Assembly (NCBI GenBank): GCA_965224195.1 | Contig: OZ245040.1 | Span: 1,696,001-1,760,000, forward strand | Reading direction: 5' to 3' | Source of the DNA: Nitrosopumilus sp. | GTDB lineage: Archaea > Thermoproteota > Nitrososphaeria > Nitrososphaerales > Nitrosopumilaceae | Length of the DNA: 64,000 bases | Shown here: piece by piece, positions 53,162-63,854 of the stretch | How the letters are laid out: each line of letters opens with the position of its first letter | Numbering within the stretch: the first letter of the stretch is position 1 | The notes under the pieces: model-generated | Told to the model about the DNA's origin: nothing | What the model saw: only the letters and a program-made list of their open reading frames with translations | The model's database searches: none | Made by a program: the position numbers and the translations under genes

Positions 53162-53839
53162 GTGAGCGAATCACAAACCCCCAATGGCATTTCTCAGGAA
53201 CCAGTAAACATTCTATTTAGTCCATCATCAGTTGTTAAAAAAGACGTTTGGGAAATTGATCTAATTCAAATTTTGGATTTGTTAGTAAAAATTCTCGATA
53301 AGACAGGAAAGAAAGATCTTAAAGTAGCAGGAATAGCTGCATTATCATCATCATTAATTTACAGAATGAAAGTAGAAAGTATTTTTGCATTACAAAAAGC
53401 AGCAATGGAGAAAAAACCAATGCATCAAAGAACTGATGTGGATATTGAATTAATTGATATTCCATACAGACATGAATCCACATATCCAGTTTCATTAGAT
53501 GATTTACTTGGATTGTTACAAAATCTCATAGGTACAATTGCAAATCCACAATCCAGACGAAATAAACAATTAGAAATAGAACCAATAGAAGCACCAGACT
53601 TTCAAGAATTTTTCATATCTCTTGAAAGCATCATAGGAAAATATGAAGACCTCATTATGAAAAAGATAGGCGTAGTTGGATTTGGATTATTACAAGATAT
53701 CATTGCAGACCTTGATCAAGTAGACTCGATCAGATGTTTCTTTGCAGCATTATTTTTAGCAAGAGATCAAAGAGTTGACCTTGAACAAGCAGAAGATGAC
53801 ATCAAAATTATCATCATTAAAGATGAGTTAACAAATTGA
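53162..53839 (+). CDS. scpA: Segregation/condensation protein ScpA
   Basis: DVWEIDL, CFFAALFLA; upstream of scpB. Confidence 0.85.
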   Translation: MSESQTPNGISQEPVNILFSPSSVVKKDVWEIDLIQILDLLVKILDKTGKKDLKVAGIAALSSSLIYRMKVESIFALQKAAMEKKPMHQRTDVDIELIDIPYRHESTYPVSLDDLLGLLQNLIGTIANPQSRRNKQLEIEPIEAPDFQEFFISLESIIGKYEDLIMKKIGVVGFGLLQDIIADLDQVDSIRCFFAALFLARDQRVDLEQAEDDIKIIIIKDELTN

Positions 53840-53855
53840 ACAAAGGTACAAAAAA

Positions 53856-54431
53856 ATGGTAAAAATTGAGAATTTAGATGAAGCTACAGCAAGAATAGAA
53901 GCAGCACTATATTCTGCAGGTAGACCACTTAGAATTGAAGACGTAATACGAGCTTCAGGCACAGAATCTAGAACAAAAACACTAGCCTTACTTGAAAATA
54001 TTATGAAAAAGACAAAGTCATCTTTTAAGGCATTAGAAATTGCCATACTTCCAGACGGATCTTATGTTATGCAATTAAAACCAGAATACAGTTCAACTAT
54101 CAAGAGATATGCATCAAAACCAGTTTTGCCAAATGCAACACTCAAAACATTATCATACATTGCATACATGCAACCTATCTCATCAAAACAACTTGTTGAA
54201 ACAAGAGGATCTGGAGTATATGCACATCTCAAAGAATTACGACAGTTGGATTACATTACTAGCCAAAACGTAGGACGAATGAGAATTTTTACAACAACTG
54301 ACAAATTCCAAAAATATTTTGGAATTCAAGGAGATGTAGAAGATCTAAAACAAAGATTATTCTCCAAAGTTAGAAAAACGGCCAGTAGACAAACAACTCC
54401 AACCCCCCCTGTCGCATCAGAAGTAAACTAA
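53856..54431 (+). CDS. scpB: Segregation/condensation protein ScpB
   Basis: IEAALYSAGRPL, TLSYIAYMQPI, TTDKFQKYFG. Confidence 0.93.
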   Translation: MVKIENLDEATARIEAALYSAGRPLRIEDVIRASGTESRTKTLALLENIMKKTKSSFKALEIAILPDGSYVMQLKPEYSSTIKRYASKPVLPNATLKTLSYIAYMQPISSKQLVETRGSGVYAHLKELRQLDYITSQNVGRMRIFTTTDKFQKYFGIQGDVEDLKQRLFSKVRKTASRQTTPTPPVASEVN

Positions 54432-54495
54432 TATTTTTTAACTCAAGGCTAATTTTTTGCGTTTTGTATAAATTAGAGTAATTTAGACAACATTC

Positions 54496-54879
54496 GTGAG
54501 AAAATCCGTAGAGAATTTAGCAACTAGTAAAATTACTGGTGGAAGAAGAGTTCCACTTAGAATTAGAAGAAAATACGAAACTGATAGATATCCAAATGAA
54601 GCAATCAACGGAGCTCAAGTTACAGTAACTAGAAGAATTCGAGGCAACAATCAAAAAACAGCTTTGAAGTCAACAGACTTTGTTAATTTAGCAACTGGTG
54701 AAGCTAAAGTAAAGAAAACAAAAATTATCAAAGTGCTAGATAACACTACAAATAATGATTACAAAAGACGTGGCATCATTACAAAAGGTGCAATTCTTGA
54801 AACAGCAGAAGGCAAATGCAGAGTTGTTTCAAAACCAGGACAAAACGGAATCGTTAACGCAATTTTACTAAAGGAATAA
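54496..54879 (+). CDS. rps8e: 30S ribosomal protein S8e
   Basis: KITGGRR, RIRGNN, IITKGAI, SKPGQNGIVNA. Confidence 0.96.
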   Translation: MRKSVENLATSKITGGRRVPLRIRRKYETDRYPNEAINGAQVTVTRRIRGNNQKTALKSTDFVNLATGEAKVKKTKIIKVLDNTTNNDYKRRGIITKGAILETAEGKCRVVSKPGQNGIVNAILLKE

Positions 54880-54880
54880 A

Positions 54881-55180
54881 ATGAAAGATTACGAGCACGT
54901 CGTAATCTGGTTGGACTATTTTAATAAAAATTTAAAAAAATCTAAAGGTCGAAGAGTAGGATTAGAAAAATGTATTTTTGATCCCTCATTAAAAGAATTA
55001 ATGGATGCAACAGCAGCTGGAGGATTTGAAATTACAGAGTCAGATGACAAGGTAAGATTTCCTAAGAGGCCGTTTGTAAGGTCGGGATATGTTATTGTGC
55101 CAAAAGGATCCTCCAAGACAAAAATTCTTAACAAAATTTCTGAAAAGCTAGTGGCAAAAAGATCAAAGCAATCAAAATAA
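54881..55180 (+). CDS. srp19: SRP19 protein
   Basis: VIWLDYFN...SKGRRV...P..SG. Confidence 0.9.
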   Translation: MKDYEHVVIWLDYFNKNLKKSKGRRVGLEKCIFDPSLKELMDATAAGGFEITESDDKVRFPKRPFVRSGYVIVPKGSSKTKILNKISEKLVAKRSKQSK

Positions 55181-55254
55181 AACGAATTCTAGCTCTTAGC
55201 TAAAGTAATGTTGACAGAAGTCTATGATAAGAATATGATTATTAGTAATTCTAA

Positions 55255-55521
55255 TTGCAGGAGGTAGGCGAAATAATGCACCTAGCCGGTAGTGGCAGGG
55301 TAATCATTCAACTATCAACAGAATTAGTTGAAGGACAGATACTCTGTGACAAAACGGGAACTAGAGTTGCAAAAGTAAACGAACTGATAGGTCCGATAAG
55401 TAGACCGTTTGCATCAGCAACGCCATTAACAAACAATATTAAAAAATACATTGGCAAACAAGTTTACGCCACTGAAGAATCTCCTGCTAACAAACCAAAA
55501 AAATTTAGGAGAAAAAAATAA
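55255..55521 (+). CDS. gar1: H/ACA RNP protein Gar1
   Basis: VAKVNELIGPISRPFA; srp19-gar1-tfb synteny. Confidence 0.85.
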   Translation: MQEVGEIMHLAGSGRVIIQLSTELVEGQILCDKTGTRVAKVNELIGPISRPFASATPLTNNIKKYIGKQVYATEESPANKPKKFRRKK

Positions 55522-56474
55522 TGAACATACTAGAAAAACAAAACTGTCCTGAATGTAAATCTACATTAGTAGATGACATGCAGAATGGTGAAATTATCTG
55601 TTCTGGTTGCGGCGTTGTAGTCGATGATCAGATTGCAGATTTTGGTCCAGAAACAATAAGCTCAAACTTCGAAGACAGGATGAAGCTAGCAAGAGCAACA
55701 GGACAAACAACCTATGCCCAACATGATTTGGGAATAACTACTGAGATATCAATCAGTTCAAAAGACTATAGTGGAAAAACAATCAACCACGGTGTCGCAA
55801 ATCAAATGAACAATCTCAGAAAGTGGCAACAAAGAGTACGAGTTTCCTCACCAAGAGAGAGAAGATTAGTAAATGTCTTAACAAAAATGGGTGAGACATG
55901 TGATGGTCTAAATCTTTCAAAGAATGTTTTGGAAACTGCATCTATGATATACAGAAACTTGGATGGACATGTAGAAGTAAAAGGAAAATCAGTAGTAAGC
56001 ATAACAGCAGCTACAATCTACATGGCATGCAAACAATGTGAAGTAGTAAGATCATTAGAAGAAATTTGCCGAGGAATTTGTCCAGCAAAAGATGTTAAAT
56101 CAAAAACAAAACTTGCATCTAGATACTATCGAACCATGGTAATGGAAATGGGACAATTACATGCCCCAGTTGTAACCATGGACAAATACATCTCAAAGAT
56201 AGCAAACATGACACAAACTGAGGTAAGAGTTGAAAGACTAGCCTTAGAAATTGCAGAAAAAACTAAAGATAGCAGCATTGCTGACGGAAAGGCGCCAAAC
56301 GGTATAGCCGTAGCATATCTGTATGTAGCATCAGTCCTACTTGGTCAAAATGTCCTACAAAGAGACGTTTCAAGTATTGCGGGAGTTACAGAAGTCACTA
56401 TCAGAAATAGATGTAAAGAAATTCTGACATGCTATAAACTCAAAATTACTTTGAGACCATCTCTGACCAACTAA
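55521..56474 (+). CDS. tfb: Transcription factor B (TFIIB)
   Basis: CPEC...CSGCG Zn ribbon, LRKWQ, cyclin repeats, GVTEVTIRNR. Confidence 0.96.
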   Translation: MNILEKQNCPECKSTLVDDMQNGEIICSGCGVVVDDQIADFGPETISSNFEDRMKLARATGQTTYAQHDLGITTEISISSKDYSGKTINHGVANQMNNLRKWQQRVRVSSPRERRLVNVLTKMGETCDGLNLSKNVLETASMIYRNLDGHVEVKGKSVVSITAATIYMACKQCEVVRSLEEICRGICPAKDVKSKTKLASRYYRTMVMEMGQLHAPVVTMDKYISKIANMTQTEVRVERLALEIAEKTKDSSIADGKAPNGIAVAYLYVASVLLGQNVLQRDVSSIAGVTEVTIRNRCKEILTCYKLKITLRPSLTN

Positions 56475-56568
56475 TTACACCCCCCTTTTTCATTTTATTA
56501 TTCAGTATTACGATTAGGATTAGCTAAATTTCGTCGGTATTATATAGAGAATCAAAACAAATCGAAAC

Positions 56569-57339
56569 ATGGCAGTACTAGAAATCAAAGATCTTCACGT
56601 GGCTAGAGAAGGTAAAGAAATTCTAAAAGGGGTCAACTTGAAAACAGGGCCTGGAGAAGTACATGCTATTATGGGACCAAACGGTTCAGGAAAAAGTACA
56701 CTAGCATATACATTACTTGCACATCCAAAATATGAAGTCACTAAAGGAGATATTTTATTAGATGGTGAAAGTATTTTAGATTTATCAGCAGATGAAAGAG
56801 CAAAAAAAGGATTATTCTTAGGATTTCAATATCCAACTGAAGTTTCAGGTGTAGGGTTTTCTCACTTTCTAAGAACAGCATACAATGCTCTAAGTAAAGC
56901 ACTCGAAGGGGATAACAGAGAAGTATTCATCACAGTTAGAGAATTTCAAAAATATCTTAAAGAGAATTTAGAAAAAGTAGGATTAAGAGAAGAATTCCTC
57001 TCAAGATATCTCAATGAAGGGTTCTCCGGTGGAGAGAAAAAACGTGCTGAAGTATTACAAATGGCAGTCTTAAAACCAAAAGTTTCAATTTTAGATGAAC
57101 CAGATTCAGGATTAGATATTGATGCCGTACAAGCAGTGGCACAAGCAATCAGTAAAGTTGCAGACAAAGATGCAACAATAATCATTATTACTCACTACGC
57201 TAGAATTTTAAAATTCTTAGACAAATTAGACTTTGTTCATGTATTTGCTAGAGGCCAAGTATTAAAAACAGGTGATGCATCACTTGCAGACAAACTTGAA
57301 GCAGAAGGATATGAATGGGTTTTAGAACAATCAGCCTAA
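56569..57339 (+). CDS. sufC: Fe-S cluster assembly ATPase SufC
   Basis: GPNGSGKST, FQYP, NEGFSGGEKKR, LDEPDSGLD, ITHY. Confidence 0.97.
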   Translation: MAVLEIKDLHVAREGKEILKGVNLKTGPGEVHAIMGPNGSGKSTLAYTLLAHPKYEVTKGDILLDGESILDLSADERAKKGLFLGFQYPTEVSGVGFSHFLRTAYNALSKALEGDNREVFITVREFQKYLKENLEKVGLREEFLSRYLNEGFSGGEKKRAEVLQMAVLKPKVSILDEPDSGLDIDAVQAVAQAISKVADKDATIIIITHYARILKFLDKLDFVHVFARGQVLKTGDASLADKLEAEGYEWVLEQSA

Positions 57340-57373
57340 TCAATTTTAACCAAAAGAATATTCAAAAAAACTA

Positions 57374-57586
57374 TTGATTTACAAAGTTCATGTTGAATTT
57401 TCTAAAGAAGTTTTAGAAATAATTAATAATGAAATTATAATTGGAATAAAATCAAAGTCGATTAAAGGAGAGGCAAACAAAGAAATCATTAAAAAAATTG
57501 CAAAACATTTCAAAATATCTACTGCACTTGTACAAATAAAGTCAGAACACAAATCATCAGAAAAAATTATCGAAATTCTGCAATAG
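57374..57586 (+). CDS. DUF167 (YggU-like) protein
   Basis: KGEANKEIIKKIAKHF. Confidence 0.8.
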   Translation: MIYKVHVEFSKEVLEIINNEIIIGIKSKSIKGEANKEIIKKIAKHFKISTALVQIKSEHKSSEKIIEILQ

Positions 57587-57631
57587 AGAATCTAGTTTTT
57601 GTTTAAATAGGGTTTCAAAATTGAGATTGAT

Positions 57632-58306
57632 ATGTCAGAAGAAAATGAACAATATTATTTCAATTTCTCATTTTTCAAAGTTGATCCTAAATGGAGATGG
57701 ATGGCAGATCTAGCAAAAGAAGAATCTGCAAAAGAGGTCGAAAATGTAATGAACAATTCAGGAATCATGTATAGAACATATTCAAATTTGGGGTTAAGAG
57801 ATGACTCTGATTTTCTATTTTGGTTTGCAGCCAAAACAGTTGAAGAGATTCAAGTAGTCATTGAAAAATTATACAAAACAGTTTTTGGAAAATACATAAT
57901 TCCATCAATGACATATTTGTCATGTACAAGACCTTCTCTTTATGTACAAGGACAAAAGGCACTCGGGTTTTTTACAGAAAATGATCCTAAAAAACACGTA
58001 ATAGTTTATCCATTTACGAAAACACGAGAATGGTATTTACTTCCTAAAGAAAAACGTCAGGAAATTATGGATGAGCATATCGAAGTAAGTAAAAAATACC
58101 CACAGGTTGTTCTCAACACTACATACTCCTTTGGAATACATGATGAAGATTTCATGTTAGCATTTGAAGTAGACGATATCAGAGATTTTCAGGATCTAAT
58201 CATGGATTTACGAGAAACTCAAGTCTCCACATATGTAAAAAATGACATTCCGATGATTGTATGTGTCAAAAAAGACCTAGTTCCATTGATTTCTAGTTTG
58301 GGATAA
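57632..58306 (+). CDS. Chlorite dismutase/HemQ-family heme protein
   Basis: VYPFTKTREWYLLP...MDEH...YSFGIHDEDF. Confidence 0.9.
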   Translation: MSEENEQYYFNFSFFKVDPKWRWMADLAKEESAKEVENVMNNSGIMYRTYSNLGLRDDSDFLFWFAAKTVEEIQVVIEKLYKTVFGKYIIPSMTYLSCTRPSLYVQGQKALGFFTENDPKKHVIVYPFTKTREWYLLPKEKRQEIMDEHIEVSKKYPQVVLNTTYSFGIHDEDFMLAFEVDDIRDFQDLIMDLRETQVSTYVKNDIPMIVCVKKDLVPLISSLG

Positions 58307-58355
58307 ACCTTCAGGTAATTTAAAAACACCCTACACTTGACACGGATAAAATTTT

Positions 58356-58420
58356 TACATTGGTCAGAACTAGGCGGATTCTCAAGAGGTGGTAAATTCG
58401 GGTTAGAGTGGTCAGTTAGG
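58356..58420 (+). repeat. Orphan degenerate copy of the element A TIR
   Basis: TACATTGGTCAGAACTAGGCGGATTCTCAAGAGGTGGTAAATTCGGGTTAGAGTGGTCAGTTAGG aligns to 5403-5469. Confidence 0.85.
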
Positions 58421-58422
58421 AT

Positions 58423-58700
58423 GCTGACAAGTGGAAAGAATATGATTCCCTAATTTTCAACGGCTACAAACATCTCTTAGTTGATCACAGCAAGATGTGT
58501 GGCAAAGGTGATGTGTACATAAATGGTATTGAAGGCTTTTGAATTTTTGCAAAAGAGAACATGGCAAAACATCACGGTGCAAGTCCAGGAAAGTTTCTGT
58601 CATGCATCAAAGAAACGGAATGGAGATACAGCAATGGAGATGGAGACACTTTCTCATTATTACTTGGTTATATGTTGGGGACAAATAATTGATAATCACC
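58423..58700 (+). pseudogene. IS1595-family transposase C-terminal fragment
   Basis: DKWKEYDSLIFNGYKHLLVDHSK...YINGIEGF*IFAKENMAKHHG...IKETEWRY. Confidence 0.75.
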
Positions 58701-58721
58701 AAATTTTATACTCTAATGTAT

Positions 58722-59684
58722 TTAGATTCGTTTTCTGACTTGCCATACTACAATTGCAGGGGTTACAATGTACATTCCTACAATTAATCCGATAGTTGAT
58801 ACACCAAAGAAAATTACTTCATTCTCAGAACCCTCATTTACAAGAGTCATAATAGATAGAGTTGAAATCATTGGAGTGATGAAAATCTTAACAGTCTCTT
58901 TGAAAATTGGGTTTTCATTCTCTAATTGTGCTATTTGTGGTGAAAAAGAATAGTAAGCTGAATTAAATCCATTCATAAATAATGCACCAGAATATGTACT
59001 AAGTAAGATGTTATCTCGAACTTCTCTTAGCATTTGTACTTGTGGTGCTAGTTCTGAACCATAAGATGCTGCAGCAATTAGACAGTCTCTAACTTTACCC
59101 TCATGGAGAGCTTCAAATGGAATACACATTCCATCTACTAACTCAGTTCCTTCTTCACACACAATATCCTCATCAATAATTTCTTCAGATTCTTGTGGTT
59201 CAGATTTAACTACTAGAGCAGTCATTGAATTAGATATTTGATCATTGGAAAATACTTTATCAAAGCAACTACTATCAACTTCTTTGCTTATTATGTATGG
59301 CTCATTGACGGGAGGATATGTAAAAAGCATTTGTATATCCTTGGAATTTTGTAGAAAAATTGTATAATTGTAAAAACATGTATCTTCTGTCATTTCGGTA
59401 GATAATTCTAAATCATTATCACCTAGTACCATCATCGAATCATAAATTGAGAGATCCGTACGGGTAGTCAGAGTTGGAAAATTTTTGGGTATTTTAACAT
59501 CTAGTGTTTTTTCGGTGTTATCAGAATTTATTATAAAAAACAATCCCAGGTATGGATCAAAAACAACATTATCAACAATTTCTGGATCCATTGGAATTTG
59601 AAATACATTATCGTTAGTACTGGGAACAGAGTCAGCAATTCCTGGAACTAAAACAGTTATAAAAAAAAAGAAAAAAGAGATCAT
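58722..59684 (-). CDS. CFI-box-CTERM membrane/secreted protein
   Basis: CLIAAASYGSELAPQVQMLREVRDN, YYSFSP, C-terminal TM. Confidence 0.85.
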   Translation of the reverse strand: MISFFFFFITVLVPGIADSVPSTNDNVFQIPMDPEIVDNVVFDPYLGLFFIINSDNTEKTLDVKIPKNFPTLTTRTDLSIYDSMMVLGDNDLELSTEMTEDTCFYNYTIFLQNSKDIQMLFTYPPVNEPYIISKEVDSSCFDKVFSNDQISNSMTALVVKSEPQESEEIIDEDIVCEEGTELVDGMCIPFEALHEGKVRDCLIAAASYGSELAPQVQMLREVRDNILLSTYSGALFMNGFNSAYYSFSPQIAQLENENPIFKETVKIFITPMISTLSIMTLVNEGSENEVIFFGVSTIGLIVGMYIVTPAIVVWQVRKRI

Positions 59685-60889
59685 TGAAGATCTAACTTAT
59701 CTGCTAAGAAGTCTTGTGGATGATATTGTCCGTATTCACCATTACCACCTGCTGAAACTAACAATCCATGCAAGTATACATTGTTAGATCTTGTGTTTTG
59801 TTGTTGGAATACTGGAGAACCACTATCACCACCATCAATCCAATTACCAGAATTGAATTTGATCGTGTTGTGGTTATAACCTGCTACATTGCCAACAATT
59901 GAACCGTAAGTAACACCCGTGGAAATACCTGATTTCTTTACAAATTTTCCAATGGTTTAAGACGAGTCTGAAGTTTTGCCTATCACATTGTAATAAGAAG
60001 AACTGGATTTATAGATTCTATTAGAACCAGTTTCATCACTATCCAAGTCAACGAAAGCTCCATCACATGATGATTTGTTTTGTACACAATATTCAGTTAC
60101 TTCTCCAATTGAACGGCCATTTTCGGGCTGATTGATTATGGCACCATCCCAGTCAGCAATGTGTCCCGCAGTCACAAATCCTTTTGCACCATTATTATGG
60201 GTTGCATAATAACCAAGAGTTCCAGAACCACCTGAGTCACCATCTCTCTTAATTTCAACACCACCGTACAAAGAATTACTACAAGTTCCATCACGATAAA
60301 TACATGAGATAGGACCATGCTCGCCCTCATTTACAGTAATACTTACTTCGTAATCTGTATCTTCTTCAAATTGATCAACTGTCAAACCTGAATTTGGATG
60401 AATAAGTACTATGATTTCTTCATCCTGAAAATCAATCAGTGTGTTATCAAAACCAGTATTGGTTTCATATTTGTTCTGAATTGTTTCAAAAGCTATTATC
60501 AGTTTTGACTCAGTTTCAAAATCAACGATGAATGAAGCTATATTGAGTTGTTCTAGTCGGTTAATTTCAGATTCTAAAAAGTTAACTTGAGATAGTTTTC
60601 GATCAATTTTATCTTGAACTTGGATGATCTTTTTTGCTGCCTTCTTCTTTTCAATATCTTTTGTTTCCAGCTTAGCCAACTTATCTTCTAGCCTGTCGAT
60701 TTGCTTTTCTAGCTTAGCAATTTCTTTTTCTGAATTTACTGCTTGCTTATCTGCAACTTCCCATTGATTTACATAATATTCATTAAAAGCCCAAGCATCA
60801 CTTGTGCTAATCAATGAAAGAGTTAATGTTACAGTCAAAGTAGCAAACAGTGCTGTTTTTGCATTTTTCATATTATTAGACAATATCAA
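59681..60889 (-). pseudogene. Secreted S1 serine protease with one in-frame TAA at 59957-59959
   Basis: FVTAGH and CDGAFV before the stop; the same frame continues to GGDSGSPVF and ends at TGA 59681. Confidence 0.85.
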
Positions 60890-61003
60890 TTTTGATAATA
60901 CGTATAACAGTTACTGTGCTTTACGATATTCATACTTGTACAATAATGAGAGATTATTTGTGTTAGGATTCAAATCAATATAGGCTTGAACCTTTTTTAG
61001 GAA

Positions 61004-61339
61004 TTAATTTTCCACTGGTAATTCTAGTTTGTTGTCCCATTCACCCCAAGATCCGAGATAAACTCGAACACTTTCAAATCCTAATTTTTTCAAAACCAAA
61101 AAGGAATTGGCAGCCCGATATGCACCTTGACAATATGTCACAATTTCAGAGTCTTTTGGATAGGCATACATTTTAGATAATTCTTCATTATTTTTGAAAG
61201 TGCCATCCTTATTGAGATTTTGATTCCAATCAATATTGACAGAATTTGGAATATGACCTGATTGCGCAGCTCGAACTATACTCCCATCATATTCACCAAT
61301 AGAGCGGACATCAAGAATTTTCAAAAAATCAAATTTCAT
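61004..61339 (-). pseudogene. Rhodanese/sulfurtransferase C-terminal domain only
   Basis: ILDVRS..EY.G, GHIP, YCQGAYRA, YLGSWGEW; N-terminal domain absent. Confidence 0.75.
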
Positions 61340-61393
61340 AGGTGCAAATCTTGGATAAACATAAATGATGAAATTTCAATTCAAAAAATAGTT

Positions 61394-62392
61394 TTGAAGT
61401 ACAATAAACTAGGCAAAACAGATATTGAAATATCAGAAATTGGATTTGGAGCATGGGCAATTGCTCTTGATTGGTGGGGGAAAAAAATTGAAGAGGATGA
61501 AGCAAAAAGAATGCTCAAAAAAGCATACGATGTAGGGATTAATTTCTTTGAAACAGGCGACTTGTACGGTAAAGGATTAAGTGAAAAATTAATTGGTGAA
61601 GTCTTCAAAGATATGAGAGACGAGATTGTTATTTCAACAAAATATGGATATGATTTTAGAGATGTTGAACAAATAGGACACAAAGAACTTCCACAAAAAT
61701 TTGATGAAAATTATACTAAAATGGCATTAAGGAACAGTTTAGAAAGATTACAAACAGATCATCTTGACATGTATGGAGTACATAATCCAAAGCTCAAAGA
61801 TGTAAGAGATGACTCAATATTCAATTTACTCGATAGTTTTATCAAAGATGGTTCAATCAAAACATATCAAATTGCTTTAGGCCCAGCAATTGGATGGACG
61901 CAAGAAGGTTTGGAAGCAATGGACAAACCAAATCTTAGTGCAGTTCAAACAGTCTACAATATTCTAGAACAAACACCAGGAAATGAATTGATGAGAAAAG
62001 CTGAAGAAAAAGATGTAGGAATACTAGTTAGAGTTCCAGAAGCATCAGGAATTTTAACTGGAAAAGTTAACGCAGACACAAAATTTGATGACAATGATCA
62101 TAGGTCAGTCAGGAAAAGAGAATGGCTCAAAGCATCACTAGAAAAAGTTGAACAATTCAAACCAATTGCAGACAGAAACGGTTTAAACATTACAGAATTT
62201 GCAATGAAATTTATAATGACAAAGAAAGGATTTGCAACAGTACTTCCAACAATGATCAGCGAAGAAGAGGTTGTAAATTATGCTCAAATGTCAGATGGAA
62301 AATATATTTCAGATTCAGACATGAAAGAAGTTGAAGAGTTGTACAATTCTTGGCCTTCATACGAATTAAAAGCAACACCCCAAACAAGTTAA
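61394..62392 (+). CDS. Aldo/keto reductase
   Basis: LGKTDIEISEIGFGAW, ISTKYG, SLERLQTDHLD; likely TTG start at 61394. Confidence 0.93.
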   Translation: MKYNKLGKTDIEISEIGFGAWAIALDWWGKKIEEDEAKRMLKKAYDVGINFFETGDLYGKGLSEKLIGEVFKDMRDEIVISTKYGYDFRDVEQIGHKELPQKFDENYTKMALRNSLERLQTDHLDMYGVHNPKLKDVRDDSIFNLLDSFIKDGSIKTYQIALGPAIGWTQEGLEAMDKPNLSAVQTVYNILEQTPGNELMRKAEEKDVGILVRVPEASGILTGKVNADTKFDDNDHRSVRKREWLKASLEKVEQFKPIADRNGLNITEFAMKFIMTKKGFATVLPTMISEEEVVNYAQMSDGKYISDSDMKEVEELYNSWPSYELKATPQTS

Positions 62393-62399
62393 TTTGTAA

Positions 62400-62738
62400 A
62401 TGGATAATCCAATAGACGTAGAAAAAACGTTAGAAATTATTGAAAGAATGAAACTGGCTAAAATTGGTAAATATAAAAAATGGGAGTCCATGATTAAAAA
62501 AATCAAAAAAGACCAGGAACTAAACCCTGAAGAATTAGAATATTATTCAAACATAACGAGAATTTACAAAAATTCAAACATTACTCCTAGAAGTAAGGTC
62601 TACCACACTAAATTATCAGAACTAGATGAAAAACCACCATGTAAAAAATGTGGGGGTGATTCCACATACTATTGTAACATGAATGATCAATACTTTTGTA
62701 CAATACATGTCGTCGGACATGATGAAAATGAGATTTAA
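62400..62738 (+). CDS. Hypothetical protein with C-terminal Zn finger
   Basis: CKKC...YYC....FCTIH. Confidence 0.75.
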   Translation: MDNPIDVEKTLEIIERMKLAKIGKYKKWESMIKKIKKDQELNPEELEYYSNITRIYKNSNITPRSKVYHTKLSELDEKPPCKKCGGDSTYYCNMNDQYFCTIHVVGHDENEI

Positions 62739-63760
62739 GATGCTGAAAGTGTTTCTTCTAAACTAAATGAATTTTCTACAAAATATTCAACACGTGTTTT
62801 TTTGAATTCACGAGAGCTGAAAAGAATATTGTATTCATCTACATTAATTTGATCTTGGATTGTTTTTGCTACATCATGTGCCTCATCTTGAGTTTTACAA
62901 TGAATCATTGAGAAAACGTTGTAAGGCCAATCAGCATATGTAGGTCGCTCATAGCAATGACTTACCTGTGGAAATGAGCCTAATGTTTCTCCAACTTGTT
63001 TAATTCGATCTTCAGGAACTTTCCATACAATCATACCATTTGCAGTAAATCCCACTTGTCGATGTCTCAAGATTGCAGCAAATCTTCGCATGACACCAAT
63101 ATCTTCATAATGTTTCATTTTTTTAAATAATTCATCTTCAGATATTCCAAGATTTTTTGCTGCAAGGATAAAAGGTTCATCAATAATATCCATATCTTTT
63201 TGTAATTCACGAATAAAGTCTTTATCTTCTTCAGTTGGAATAAACTCAATATTTTTAATTTCTTTTTTCTCTTCGCTAGGTGCAATATCATGTTTCTTAT
63301 CATCTACCATGTCAAGTTTAACACCAATTTTGAATAATTGTAAAGTTGGAAGCATTCTAACTTTTTTAATTCCTTTTAGAACATTGAATTTTTCAAGTTC
63401 TACTTTTAAATCAGCACCTGGAGGAACAGCTAAAGTAAACCAAAGATTGAATTGATGATCTCTTTCATAGTTATGACTCACACCAGGATGAAGGTTAATT
63501 TTGCTTGCAACATAATCTAATTTATCAGATTCAATTTCCATAGCTACTAGAGAACTAGTGTATCCTAGTTTTCGCGTATCAAAAATTGCACTAAGTTGCC
63601 TTAGAACACCTATTTCTTTTAATTCATTTAGACGAGATTTAATATCTTCAGTAGTAGTATTGAATTTTTTAGCAATTGCATCAAAAGGTCTCGTTACTAG
63701 AGGAAAAGTCCATTGAATTTCATTTAAAAGTTCTTTATCAGATTCGTCCATAGAAGGCAA
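62735..63760 (-). CDS. Siroheme decarboxylase, AhbA/AhbB (NirDL-like) fusion
   Basis: Two Lrp-like halves with GVSHNYER and VSHCYERP, NVFSMIH; divergent from siroheme synthase. Confidence 0.88.
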   Translation of the reverse strand: MPSMDESDKELLNEIQWTFPLVTRPFDAIAKKFNTTTEDIKSRLNELKEIGVLRQLSAIFDTRKLGYTSSLVAMEIESDKLDYVASKINLHPGVSHNYERDHQFNLWFTLAVPPGADLKVELEKFNVLKGIKKVRMLPTLQLFKIGVKLDMVDDKKHDIAPSEEKKEIKNIEFIPTEEDKDFIRELQKDMDIIDEPFILAAKNLGISEDELFKKMKHYEDIGVMRRFAAILRHRQVGFTANGMIVWKVPEDRIKQVGETLGSFPQVSHCYERPTYADWPYNVFSMIHCKTQDEAHDVAKTIQDQINVDEYNILFSSREFKKTRVEYFVENSFSLEETLSAS

Positions 63761-63854
63761 TAAGTCAGTAACTTAGTTATTCAATTAAAAATGTAGCTTG
63801 GATTTTAGGCTCTAAATTTTAATACATAAATAGAAACTGGAGTCCATTTGATCG

